Shown here: positions 40,362-49,089 of the stretch, one piece after another | How the letters are laid out: each line of letters begins with the position of its first letter | How positions within the stretch are numbered: the stretch's first letter is position 1 | Assembly (NCBI GenBank): GCA_050309605.1 | Contig: JBNRMN010000073.1 | Coordinates: forward strand, 14,240 to 78,239 | Direction of reading: 5' to 3' | DNA length: 64,000 nucleotides | Origin: Anaerohalosphaeraceae bacterium | GTDB lineage: Bacteria; Planctomycetota; Phycisphaerae; Sedimentisphaerales; Anaerohalosphaeraceae | The notes under the pieces: model-generated | What the model was told of the DNA's origin: nothing | What the model saw: only the letters and a program-made list of their open reading frames with translations | Database searches by the model: none | Made by a program: the position numbers and the translations under genes

Positions 40362-41822
40362 CTATCTGCGTTTTGGCCTCTCCCGTTTGGGCGTATCGGA
40401 TTGGACTTTGGTCAAGCGGCGACGGAGGATCAACTCAAGACTCATCGAAAACAACACCGCCAGCAGGGGCAGCGCGGGTTGATTGTAACGGGGGATATTG
40501 TGTGAGAAGAACGAATTCAGACCAACCAGATACACGCACAGCAGCACGACGCCGAAGATTTCCCATTGCCGCGTGCGAAGGCTGCGGACCAGCCAGAAAA
40601 ACAGGCTGGCAAAATACAGCAGGCTGACGACGATAATGCTGCGAATCATCATCATAAACGGGGCGCTGACCAGATAGCCGTGTTCGATAAACATACCGCG
40701 CCAGGCGAACGGCAGCGTGGCGACCAGATGCCGGAACGGATGGCGCAGAAGCCGGCGGACCGCTCGTTTCTGAATGGTCTTGTCGCGATGCGAGGCGTTT
40801 TCAAATTGTTCGTCCGGCTCGATGAAATGCGTCAGCGCTTTGGCTACGGCATAATAGCCTTCGGGGTTGCTGCGGTGCAGCTTGACCCAGCGGCCTTGTT
40901 CCTGCATGACCTGCATAGCCTTTTTTTGAAAGAGCGGGTCGGGTGTCCACCACAAGAACGCCCCGCAAAATTCGTCGGCGGTCATGTTGTTGTATTCAGC
41001 GCGAATGGCCATCACATCGCCGGCGCGATCGGTGATGTACAACCGTCCGAAGAGCCGTTCGTTGCGGATCATCCAGGCGCCGGTCGGCACGGCATAGCCG
41101 ACCAGCAGCAGCACCAGGCACATCAACAGCCGCTTATTATCAAACATCTGCCGTCGGAATAAGACTATCCATCCGCCGACCAGGATAACAATCAAATACT
41201 GATAAATCGCATTGGTCAAGACCAGTCCGCCCAGGGCAAGGCCGAGCAGAGCGAACAGCACCGGCTTTCGAGTGCGCAGCGCCAGAACCAGCATAATGGC
41301 CACAATCAGCAAAATGACCCCCATAAACAGCTCGCGAAACAGCGAATTCATCGTGAGGATGGAGGCCTGGCTGAAACCGACCAGCAGCATCGCGATGTAG
41401 CTGTAGGTCAGCCGTCCGGTCAGCAGATAGGCAAGCAGCCAGGCGCAGACCGCCGCGACAGGCAAGAGCGGTATCTGGAGCCTTCGCAGCAGCGTTGCGC
41501 CGCGGTCTTTGGTGAAATCAGTCAGCTCGATGGTTTGCAGTTCAGGGCTGAAATGCATCATCAGGGTCAGATAGCTTGAAAAGCCCGGCTCACGGCGATT
41601 GCCCGGCCGCGGCGGTTCGGTGAAGCTTTCGGAAATCACCTTGTGATGAAAGAGATGATATGTCATTCGCGCGTAGGAACTGGCATCCTGAAAATCGGGG
41701 ATGGCCTCGGTGCTGAGGTTTTCTTTGGCCGTCCAGACCACACAACTTAAAATGACCGACACAAAGACAAGGTGCAGAAGCACAATCGCAAAACGTTTTT
41801 TTTTCGCATCGTCGCAGCTCAT
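40362..41822 (-). CDS. GT-C type (ArnT/PMT-like) membrane glycosyltransferase
   Basis: DASSY loop, RREPGF, E.LF, WMIRN, PRYNQP; multi-TM. Confidence 0.7.
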   Translation of the reverse strand: MSCDDAKKKRFAIVLLHLVFVSVILSCVVWTAKENLSTEAIPDFQDASSYARMTYHLFHHKVISESFTEPPRPGNRREPGFSSYLTLMMHFSPELQTIELTDFTKDRGATLLRRLQIPLLPVAAVCAWLLAYLLTGRLTYSYIAMLLVGFSQASILTMNSLFRELFMGVILLIVAIMLVLALRTRKPVLFALLGLALGGLVLTNAIYQYLIVILVGGWIVLFRRQMFDNKRLLMCLVLLLVGYAVPTGAWMIRNERLFGRLYITDRAGDVMAIRAEYNNMTADEFCGAFLWWTPDPLFQKKAMQVMQEQGRWVKLHRSNPEGYYAVAKALTHFIEPDEQFENASHRDKTIQKRAVRRLLRHPFRHLVATLPFAWRGMFIEHGYLVSAPFMMMIRSIIVVSLLYFASLFFWLVRSLRTRQWEIFGVVLLCVYLVGLNSFFSHNIPRYNQPALPLLAVLFSMSLELILRRRLTKVQSDTPKRERPKRR

Positions 41823-41885
41823 CCATCCAATTCCTTTTTTATCGATACGTTAATTATCAACCCAATACGTAATACGCTTAAACTC

Positions 41886-41917
41886 GGCACCCGCAAGCTG
41901 CGCTTGAAGGTGCCACC
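41886..41917 (-). repeat. Isolated REP-like palindrome
   Basis: Minus strand GGTGGCACC-TT-CAAGC-GCA-GCTTG-CG-GGTGCC. Confidence 0.4.
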
Positions 41918-41998
41918 CGTTTTCAACTGCCTATTGATAATTGTCTATTGATTATTTTCTGTCTTTGCAGAGGTCACCCGTCGGTCATCTCCTTTTAT

Positions 41999-43078
41999 TT
42001 AGTCGTGCAGAGATCTTTGAGTCGTCTCCTGCGGGATCGTTTGTGCGATGGACTCGGCAAACGGCGGTCGCAGGATGCCGTGTTCGGTGATAAAGGCGGT
42101 GATGTATTGAGCACCGGTGACATCAAAGGCCGGATTCCAGGTCTCAACTTGCGGCGGTGTGATCAACGTCTCATTGAAGCGGCGAATCTCGTTGCCGTCG
42201 CGCTGCTCAATGGGAATAGCCGCGCCGTCGGGCAGGCTCCGATCAAAGGTGCTTGACGGTGCGGCGACATAAAACGGGATGTGATAATGCCGAGCGAGGA
42301 TGCTCAGGCCGAGTGTGCCGATTTTGTTGGCGGTATCGCCGTTGGCGGCGATGCGATCGGCCCCCACGAACACCGCCTGAATGCGCCCGGCCTGCATCAG
42401 CGCTGCGGCCATTGCATCGCAGATGACGACCGTTTCGATGCCCGCCTGCGTCAATTCCCAGGCCGTCAGCCGGGCGCCCTGCAACAGGGGACGGGTTTCA
42501 TCCGCATAGACGGTAAATCGCTTGTGCTGCCGACGAGCGACATAGAACGGCGCCAGCGCCGTACCGATGCCCGTGGTGGCCAGGGCGCCGGCATTGCAAT
42601 GGGTCAGCACCGCTTGGCCGTCCGGCACCAGCGGCGCACCGCAGCGGCCGATGGCCTGACAGTTATCCTGTTCCTGTTGATTAATGGTGTGCGCTTCGTC
42701 CAGAAGGCGCTGCTTGAATTCTGCGGTGCAGGTCAGCGACGCTTGCGCAGCGGCTTTCATTCGGTTCAGTGCGGCAAACAGATTGACCGCCGTGGGGCGG
42801 CTGGAAGCCAGATGCAGCGTGGTTTGGGCGACAAGCGTTTTGGCTTCCGCAAGCGGCGTCTTTTCGGGTTTGTTCCGCAGTGACAGACACACGCCGTAGG
42901 CTGCGGCAACCCCGATGGCCGGCGCACCGCGGACGGCCAGCGTGCGAATCGCTTCGTAAACCTGCTGCGGGGTTTGACACTGTAATCGCTCAACGCGCTG
43001 CGGCAGCAGCCGCTGGTCGAGCAAGTCCAACACCCCGTCGGCGTCGCCGACCCATTTGACCGTTTTTACCGGCAGCAT
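41999..43078 (-). CDS. mtnA: S-methyl-5-thioribose-1-phosphate isomerase
   Basis: LLDQRLLP, VRGAPAIG, RPTAVNL, LTHCNAGALAT, ETRPLLQGARLTAWEL, NPAFDVT. Confidence 0.95.
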   Translation of the reverse strand: MLPVKTVKWVGDADGVLDLLDQRLLPQRVERLQCQTPQQVYEAIRTLAVRGAPAIGVAAAYGVCLSLRNKPEKTPLAEAKTLVAQTTLHLASSRPTAVNLFAALNRMKAAAQASLTCTAEFKQRLLDEAHTINQQEQDNCQAIGRCGAPLVPDGQAVLTHCNAGALATTGIGTALAPFYVARRQHKRFTVYADETRPLLQGARLTAWELTQAGIETVVICDAMAAALMQAGRIQAVFVGADRIAANGDTANKIGTLGLSILARHYHIPFYVAAPSSTFDRSLPDGAAIPIEQRDGNEIRRFNETLITPPQVETWNPAFDVTGAQYITAFITEHGILRPPFAESIAQTIPQETTQRSLHD

Positions 43079-43085
43079 AAGGCTT

Positions 43086-43958
43086 TCAATACACGATGGC
43101 GGCATAGCCGACGGATTCGTCGCTGGTCTGATTAAAGCGTTTGAGCAGGACATCATTGCTGGTGGTATGGGCCAGCAGGACGCCGTGGCTGCGTCCCATT
43201 GCACGAACGGCGGCTGTGAGCGTGGCCACGGCCGCCGGGCCGCAGGCGTTGCCTTTGTGCATCGCCTCAGCGACGATCTTGTCGGTCTCCATCCGCAGCG
43301 CCAAATCGATGAACTGCATATCGTTGACCTCGCTGGCCCATTGCAGGGCCGACGGGCCGACGCCTTCAGGACAGAAACCGTAACGCGGGCCGTAATGGGT
43401 TAAATCGGTTGAGGCGATGCAGACAACGTGTTTGTCTTTGAGTCGGCTGATCATTTCACCGATGCGCGTGCCGAACTGTGGATCAAAACCGGCTACCGGC
43501 ACAATAATCGGCACAATTTTGGCCTTGGCAAACAGGTGCTGGATAAACGGGATCTGCACCTCGATACTGTGCTCATCGCGATGGGCCTCCGGATCGGAGC
43601 GTCCGCCGCAGCCGATGATCTCGGCCGCCAGCGGTTCATCGACCGCGGCCAGCCCCAGCGGTGTTTCCCAGGCGCCCCGATCATAGACTGCCGGAGCGCT
43701 GTCTAAATACCGGTGGGCGGCGCCGAAAATCACAAACGTATCGACGTCGGGGTTGGTTTGTCGCACGGCCTGAAACGCCAGCGCCGCAAGCTCGCCGCTG
43801 AAGATCCAGCCGGCGTGCGGCACCATCGCCCCAATGACGGGCGAAGGCAGTTCTGCCCCCGGCGGCTCGGTCGGCAGACATTGACGAATCTCTTCGAGGC
43901 ATTCGGCCGCTGAAGCTCCATAAAACTGACCGGCGACAGCAGGTTTTCGTACCGTCAT
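43086..43958 (-). CDS. amrB: AmmeMemoRadiSam system protein B (MEMO1 family)
   Basis: RKPAVAGQFY, PHAGWIFSG, EHSIEVQIPFIQ, ASTDLTHYG, ACG, VGYA. Confidence 0.92.
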   Translation of the reverse strand: MTVRKPAVAGQFYGASAAECLEEIRQCLPTEPPGAELPSPVIGAMVPHAGWIFSGELAALAFQAVRQTNPDVDTFVIFGAAHRYLDSAPAVYDRGAWETPLGLAAVDEPLAAEIIGCGGRSDPEAHRDEHSIEVQIPFIQHLFAKAKIVPIIVPVAGFDPQFGTRIGEMISRLKDKHVVCIASTDLTHYGPRYGFCPEGVGPSALQWASEVNDMQFIDLALRMETDKIVAEAMHKGNACGPAAVATLTAAVRAMGRSHGVLLAHTTSNDVLLKRFNQTSDESVGYAAIVY

Positions 43959-44073
43959 TTTCAGTCTCCCTTTCAGCTTACCGTCTTGCATTATGACCTC
44001 CCGTAGAGTATAGTACCTTCGAATTTGGCTGATTTGTTCATTACTATTGTAACCCGAATGAAAGGAAAAGACA

Positions 44074-44583
44074 ATGCCGACTGCCGGAAAAAGCGCCCCG
44101 GTGGCCATTTTGATGGGTTCCGACAGCGATTTGCCGACCATGCAGAGGTGTATTGACCAATTGAAGGCATTTGGGGTGGATCCGATTGTCCGCATCTTGT
44201 CAGCGCACCGGACGCCGCAGGCCGCGATGGAATTTGCCGCAAATGCTTCTGACAACGGGATTAAGGTGATTATTGCCGCGGCGGGGATGGCCGCACATCT
44301 GGCCGGGGCGATGGCCGCGCATTCACAATTGCCGATTATCGGCGTGCCGATGCAGGCCAAAGAAGGTCCCTGTGGGCTGGATGCGCTGCTCAGCACGGTG
44401 CAGATGCCGCCGGGGATGCCGGTTGCCTCAATGGCGATCGGCAAGGCCGGGGCAAAAAACGCGGCTGTTTTTGCCGTGCAGATTCTGGCGCTGGCGGATA
44501 CAGAACTTGCCAAAAGGCTCAGTGCATTTCGCAAGGCCCAGACCGAAGCCGTCCTGAAAAAAGACGCCGAGCTGAACACGTAA
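44074..44583 (+). CDS. purE: 5-(carboxyamino)imidazole ribonucleotide mutase
   Basis: MGSDSD, SAHRTP, AGMAAHLAG, VQMPPGMPV. Confidence 0.96.
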   Translation: MPTAGKSAPVAILMGSDSDLPTMQRCIDQLKAFGVDPIVRILSAHRTPQAAMEFAANASDNGIKVIIAAAGMAAHLAGAMAAHSQLPIIGVPMQAKEGPCGLDALLSTVQMPPGMPVASMAIGKAGAKNAAVFAVQILALADTELAKRLSAFRKAQTEAVLKKDAELNT

Positions 44584-44618
44584 TTTGGTAAGCAGTTTGG
44601 TATGATAAGGCACAATTG

Positions 44619-44648
44619 ACCCATCCCTGACGATGGTCAGAGGTGGGT
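44619..44648. terminator. Hairpin between convergent purE and the M20 gene
   Basis: ACCCATC.CTGAC-GATG-GTCAG.GGTGGGT. Confidence 0.5.
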
Positions 44649-44667
44649 TTCATGGCAGCCGTACGAC

Positions 44668-45774
44668 TTACTCCTTTTCCAGTTCGTTCAGGACTTCCAG
44701 ATAAAGCTGCGCGGCGGCGACGACCTGACGAAAGGGGACGGATTCGTCGCGGGTGTGGGCCTTGGTGAGCTGGCCGGGGCCGAGGATGATGGGTTTGCAT
44801 CCGGCTTCGCGGAGGAGATTGGCGTCGGAGTGGCTCTTGAAGGATTCCGGCTGCCAGTCCATTTTTTGCCGGGCGTAGGCGTTTTCCAGCAGTTCCGGCA
44901 GCAGGCCGGTCTCTTTGAGCCGATACCCTTTGGCGATGACCGGGAACTGGACGGAATAATCGGTGACGCTTCCGCCGGTCAGGCACTCGGCGGCGACCGC
45001 CTCGAGTTTTTGGGCAAAGCGCTGGGCGTTGGCGGCGGGGGGGATATGCACGTCCACGCCGGCCTCGCAACTGCCGGGCACGGCAAAGCCGGCCTCGGAA
45101 CTGTGAATGTCGCGAATGTTCAAAATCGCTTCGGGGTGGTCCGCTTCCAGCAGTCCGCCGAGCCGCAGCAGCATCCGCAGCATCGCCATAATGGCGTTGT
45201 ATTCGCGTCCGGCCATCGAGGCGTGCCGACGGGTGCCCGAGGCCCGCACAAGCATTTCAATATACCCGTAATGCGCCAGGCACGGCATCAACTCGGTCGG
45301 CTCGCCGACGATGGCCCATGGAAACGACCGTGCTTCGAGCAGGGCGGTGGTACCGTCGCCGGATTCTTCTTCGCCAACGACTAAAAACAGGCCGGCGCGT
45401 TCGGGCCGGCCGCCGTTTTGGACATACGAAACGAATGCCTCGATCATCGCCGCGCAACCGGCCTTCATATCCGCCGTGCCCAGGCCGTAGATGTGGCCGC
45501 GTTTTTCCCGATATTCATAGCGTTCAATGTCAAAGGCAGCAACGGTGTCGATGTGGCCGATGAAGGCGACCTCCGGCCGGGCGTCGGAGAAGACCACTTC
45601 GATATTGCGCCGGCCCTCGCTGACTTCACGCTGGGTAACGGGCAGGTCATTCTCATACAGATACCCGGCCAGAAACTCGGTCAGTTCTTCTTCTTTGCCG
45701 GACGGACTGTAGATATCGACCATTTCCTGAACGAGTGTTTTCAGACGTGCGCGATTGATTTTGGGTTGTGCCAT
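44668..45774 (-). CDS. M20 family metallo-hydrolase (ArgE/DapE-like deacetylase)
   Basis: SPSGKE, GHIDTV, GLGTADMKAG, VGEE, VGEPT, GPG...AHTRDE. Confidence 0.88.
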   Translation of the reverse strand: MAQPKINRARLKTLVQEMVDIYSPSGKEEELTEFLAGYLYENDLPVTQREVSEGRRNIEVVFSDARPEVAFIGHIDTVAAFDIERYEYREKRGHIYGLGTADMKAGCAAMIEAFVSYVQNGGRPERAGLFLVVGEEESGDGTTALLEARSFPWAIVGEPTELMPCLAHYGYIEMLVRASGTRRHASMAGREYNAIMAMLRMLLRLGGLLEADHPEAILNIRDIHSSEAGFAVPGSCEAGVDVHIPPAANAQRFAQKLEAVAAECLTGGSVTDYSVQFPVIAKGYRLKETGLLPELLENAYARQKMDWQPESFKSHSDANLLREAGCKPIILGPGQLTKAHTRDESVPFRQVVAAAQLYLEVLNELEKE

Positions 45775-45804
45775 TGCATCCTATTCCGCCCATTGAATTG
45801 GGCA

Positions 45805-46296
45805 TTACTGGTTTTCAATATTCAGCGTCATGTAAATATGATCAATCGGGTTGACAAAACCCTTGCTTTGAAAGAACTTGATGGCAGCATGATTATCGGC
45901 CTGGGTATCGACCATCAGCATGCGCACTTCAGCCTTTTCCATCAGACTGCGAAAGCGATCAAACAGCATTCCTGCCACGCCCATGCGTTTGTAGGCCGAG
46001 TCCACTCCCAGCCAGAGCAAATGGCCGTAGCTCCAGGCAGAGCGTCTTTTTTCGATCACCGTTCCCAATGCAAAACCGACCAGTTTTTTCTTGCCGATTG
46101 ATGCGACCAGCATATACTCCGGCTCGGTGTTGAACAGGCTCGTTACCTCGTATTCATCCCACGTTCGATAGAGGTTGGATACGTCTTTGGGGGTAAAGAC
46201 CTTTTCACCGAGGTGAAATATGGCCGGCAGATCGTCAATCGTTGCCGATCGAATCTTAATATTCGGTTCAGATGGTGCAGAACCATTCACTTTCAT
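45805..46296 (-). CDS. GNAT family N-acetyltransferase
   Basis: LGVDSAYKRMGVA acetyl-CoA motif; N..AIKFF...GF. Confidence 0.9.
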   Translation of the reverse strand: MKVNGSAPSEPNIKIRSATIDDLPAIFHLGEKVFTPKDVSNLYRTWDEYEVTSLFNTEPEYMLVASIGKKKLVGFALGTVIEKRRSAWSYGHLLWLGVDSAYKRMGVAGMLFDRFRSLMEKAEVRMLMVDTQADNHAAIKFFQSKGFVNPIDHIYMTLNIENQ

Positions 46297-46503
46297 AATT
46301 CAACCTTTCATTATCTTTTGTTGCTTCATTTATATTCATATAGCGTAAAATCGCCCACAAGTCAAATATGGGCTGTCCGTTCGATCCCCGAAATTTCGGC
46401 CGCCGAGCCGGGAAATGTAGGTTGAACTTGATCTTAAAAGGCGTCTTTTGTCGCTGAGAACTTGCCGCCTGACTTATCACTACCCGATGTTTGTTTCGGT
46501 GTG

Positions 46504-46540
46504 AAAAAAAAGGGCGGCTGTCAAATGACAGCCGCCCTTT
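46504..46540 (-). terminator. Rho-independent terminator
   Basis: Perfect AAAGGGCGGCTGTCA/TGACAGCCGCCCTTT stem with an A8 tract. Confidence 0.88.
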
Positions 46541-46562
46541 GGATTTGCTCATTGCTTTGAGA

Positions 46563-47732
46563 TTATAACTTTTTGCCGGTTACTTCCTGGGTCACGGGTT
46601 GACCGTCAAAGCCCGACATGGTCATTTCACCGGACAGTCTGTCGCCGTCCACCGTGCCTTTGAAGGTGTTTTCGATGGTTCGATCGCCAAAACCCATCGT
46701 AAGGGTAAAGCTGACAGCATCGTCCTCAACAGTAATATCGTCCAAATCCATTGATCCATACAGTCCGGTCAAGTCCGGTCTGACCACGAGCCGCTGTGTT
46801 CGTTCGCCCATTTGTGAACTGACGGTCAGCAGCCAAGTCCCCACGGCCGGCGCGTCGGCGCGCTTGCCCTCGATGGGTTGTTGTTCGCCCTGCGGCGAGG
46901 TGACCGTACCGGTCAGCACATCCCCTTTGGCCCGGAAGGAGTATCGTGTCACCCGATCAGGCTGCTGATCCTGCTGCTGGGGGCGTCCCCGGAATTGCCG
47001 CGTGAACGTCAGCACGCCGTCTTTATACTCAACATCCGACAATTCCAGACCACCCGCGAATTGCCGCGCAGGCCGTTCGCCCTGATCGGGACGGTCGGGT
47101 CGTTCGCCCTGGCCGCGCTGCCTGTCAGGCCGTTCGCCCTGCGGGCGCTGCTGACCCTGTTCAGGCCGCTGGCCGGTTCTCGGCCCCCGCTGCGGCTGCC
47201 AGGAAGCGACAATCTTGCCGTCTTCGTCGGTCGTTACCGAGAGCACCGTAACCATCTGGCGGTCGCCGCGTGTGGTGGTGATTTCCCAGTTGCCGACAAT
47301 ATCCGGCAGAGCGGGCAATCGCTTCCCTCCCACCTGGACTTCGCCTTGCTGGCTGGTTTGGGTGCCGACGAGCTCGCCGTCTTCTGTGAGCTTGCCGGTA
47401 AACTGCGAGACGAATTGGTCTTGGCGAAACCGGGTACGCTGGCTAAAGGTCAGCGTGCGGTTTTCATATTTGAGATTTTCAAGGTCGGTAACTCCCCATA
47501 ACCCGATCATTTGTCCGCTCAGTTTGCCGTCTTTATCGCGCGACAGCGACAGAATCGAGGACATCATCCCGCCGCGGGGGCGCTGGGCTTGAGCGTTTTG
47601 CGCGCCGAGACGTTCCAGTCGCCAGTCGCCGACAATGTCCTCATTCTCCGCCAATGCCCCAACAATCGACGTTACCGGCATCAAAGCCGACATCAGAATT
47701 GCCCATGTTCCCAGAATTGCAATCCGCTTCAT
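46563..47732 (-). CDS. Secreted protein with three beta-rich repeats and a low-complexity insert
   Basis: Signal peptide; repeats begin IVGDWRL / IVGNWEI / AVGTWLL; GGAGG RBS. Confidence 0.75.
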   Translation of the reverse strand: MKRIAILGTWAILMSALMPVTSIVGALAENEDIVGDWRLERLGAQNAQAQRPRGGMMSSILSLSRDKDGKLSGQMIGLWGVTDLENLKYENRTLTFSQRTRFRQDQFVSQFTGKLTEDGELVGTQTSQQGEVQVGGKRLPALPDIVGNWEITTTRGDRQMVTVLSVTTDEDGKIVASWQPQRGPRTGQRPEQGQQRPQGERPDRQRGQGERPDRPDQGERPARQFAGGLELSDVEYKDGVLTFTRQFRGRPQQQDQQPDRVTRYSFRAKGDVLTGTVTSPQGEQQPIEGKRADAPAVGTWLLTVSSQMGERTQRLVVRPDLTGLYGSMDLDDITVEDDAVSFTLTMGFGDRTIENTFKGTVDGDRLSGEMTMSGFDGQPVTQEVTGKKL

Positions 47733-47940
47733 AACACGTGCCTCCAAAAAAATGTTGATGATTATCACTCGCTCAGCGGCGTCGCTGAGCCTGTTGACAC
47801 ACGATAGTTTGCCAAAAAAGACGAAAAAATCCTTCTTATTGTCCATGCATCCGTACGCAGTTTTCAATGGGTTTAGACGAATGCCGGTTTGGCAATCTTA
47901 CAACAATTTTATTTTTTTGGACAAATCGTCTTGGGAAACC

Positions 47941-48774
47941 TTACGAGCAAGGCAGCATAAAGCGATAACGGACGATCTCACTTTCGGCGATTTTATCCCT
48001 GAGTGCGACGATTTGACGCACCTGCTTTTTTTGTCGGCAGGTGAGCGGCTTGTTGGCAGCGCATTGATAGGATTTGAAAAATCGCAGCCGTTCGGTGCGG
48101 GTAAAAAAGTAGGCTGCACAGACATCCAGTGTCGCCAGGTCGTACAGAGGACAGAACCATCGATACCGCCAACGCGAACTGGACGGGTCGATCACCTGGA
48201 ACGCAAACTCGTCCTCTCGGCTCAGGACGAGGATATTGCGCCAGTGATACTGGCCGTTGACGTAGCGGCCGGCGTTCATTTTGCGCGTAAATTCCGCCAA
48301 TGTCGAAAGTAATTTCTTTCGTTTGCGCAGCGTCAGACACGACAGCGAGTCTGCGACAAATTGATCCAGCGGCACGGCTCCTTTCACCTCTTCTGTGACC
48401 AGCAGCGACAAATGCAGCAGCCCCCAGGACCGCTGGTGTCCGAAGGCAATGACACGCGGTGCAAGCCCGCGTTTGTTCAGTCTTTTGAGGTTGCGGAATT
48501 CCGCTCCGGCTCGACTTGTGCCCACCAAACCGCCCCGAAACATGATTCGCATACGGTCGCGCCATCGTGGATAATGATAGACTTTGGCATAGCAGCCCGG
48601 CAGGGGCGCAGGCGGCTTGAGCCGGCAGAGCTGGGTGGTTCTGCCGTTGCTGACGGTTTGGACGGAAAAATCAACCCAGCACTTAAAATTATCCAATTCA
48701 AGGTTGGCTATAGCCTCTTTGTATTCCTCTGCAATAAAGCCGTAATTCATTCCTAATCCGTTCTCAACACGCAC
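47941..48774 (-). CDS. Lipopolysaccharide kinase (Kdo/WaaP/InaA)-like protein
   Basis: YAKVY, SRAGAEFRNL, LLVTEE, WRNILV, VID, DLATLD, TRTERLRF; start 48774 or 48750. Confidence 0.75.
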   Translation of the reverse strand: MRVENGLGMNYGFIAEEYKEAIANLELDNFKCWVDFSVQTVSNGRTTQLCRLKPPAPLPGCYAKVYHYPRWRDRMRIMFRGGLVGTSRAGAEFRNLKRLNKRGLAPRVIAFGHQRSWGLLHLSLLVTEEVKGAVPLDQFVADSLSCLTLRKRKKLLSTLAEFTRKMNAGRYVNGQYHWRNILVLSREDEFAFQVIDPSSSRWRYRWFCPLYDLATLDVCAAYFFTRTERLRFFKSYQCAANKPLTCRQKKQVRQIVALRDKIAESEIVRYRFMLPCS

Positions 48775-49012
48775 TGTCTGTTAGATTGCTTAAAGGGTTA
48801 TCATAGCCGTACACCCCGCGGGATTCAATGGAATTCGATTGTCTGTAATAATCGATGGATTTTGTCTCCGTTTAAGGTGTTCATTTGTTCCGGTTATTCG
48901 CCATTTTTTACACAGGGTGATCAAATTCAATCGCATCGTCATTTTTGACAAAATTATCTATCCTTTTTCAAATCAAGAAGATAGGTATGTTGCGAAGAGG
49001 TGGACACAATGC

Positions 49013-49028
49013 TGGCATACTATTTGCT
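49013..49028 (+). promoter_or_regulatory. Sigma54 (-24/-12) promoter
   Basis: TGGCATACTATTTGCT fits TGGCAYR-N4-TTGCW, about 60 nt upstream of the fliK-like ORF. Confidence 0.65.
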
Positions 49029-49089
49029 ATTTCAATATCAGCGAGATAATCAGCCTACTTGACCCGATTTGACTTTGGAGTCTTTGAGC

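Noticed and set aside
43959..44624. Apparent 220-aa N-terminal extension of AmrB
   Set aside because: It is the reverse complement of purE; the MEMO1 domain starts at MTVRKPAVAG (43958).
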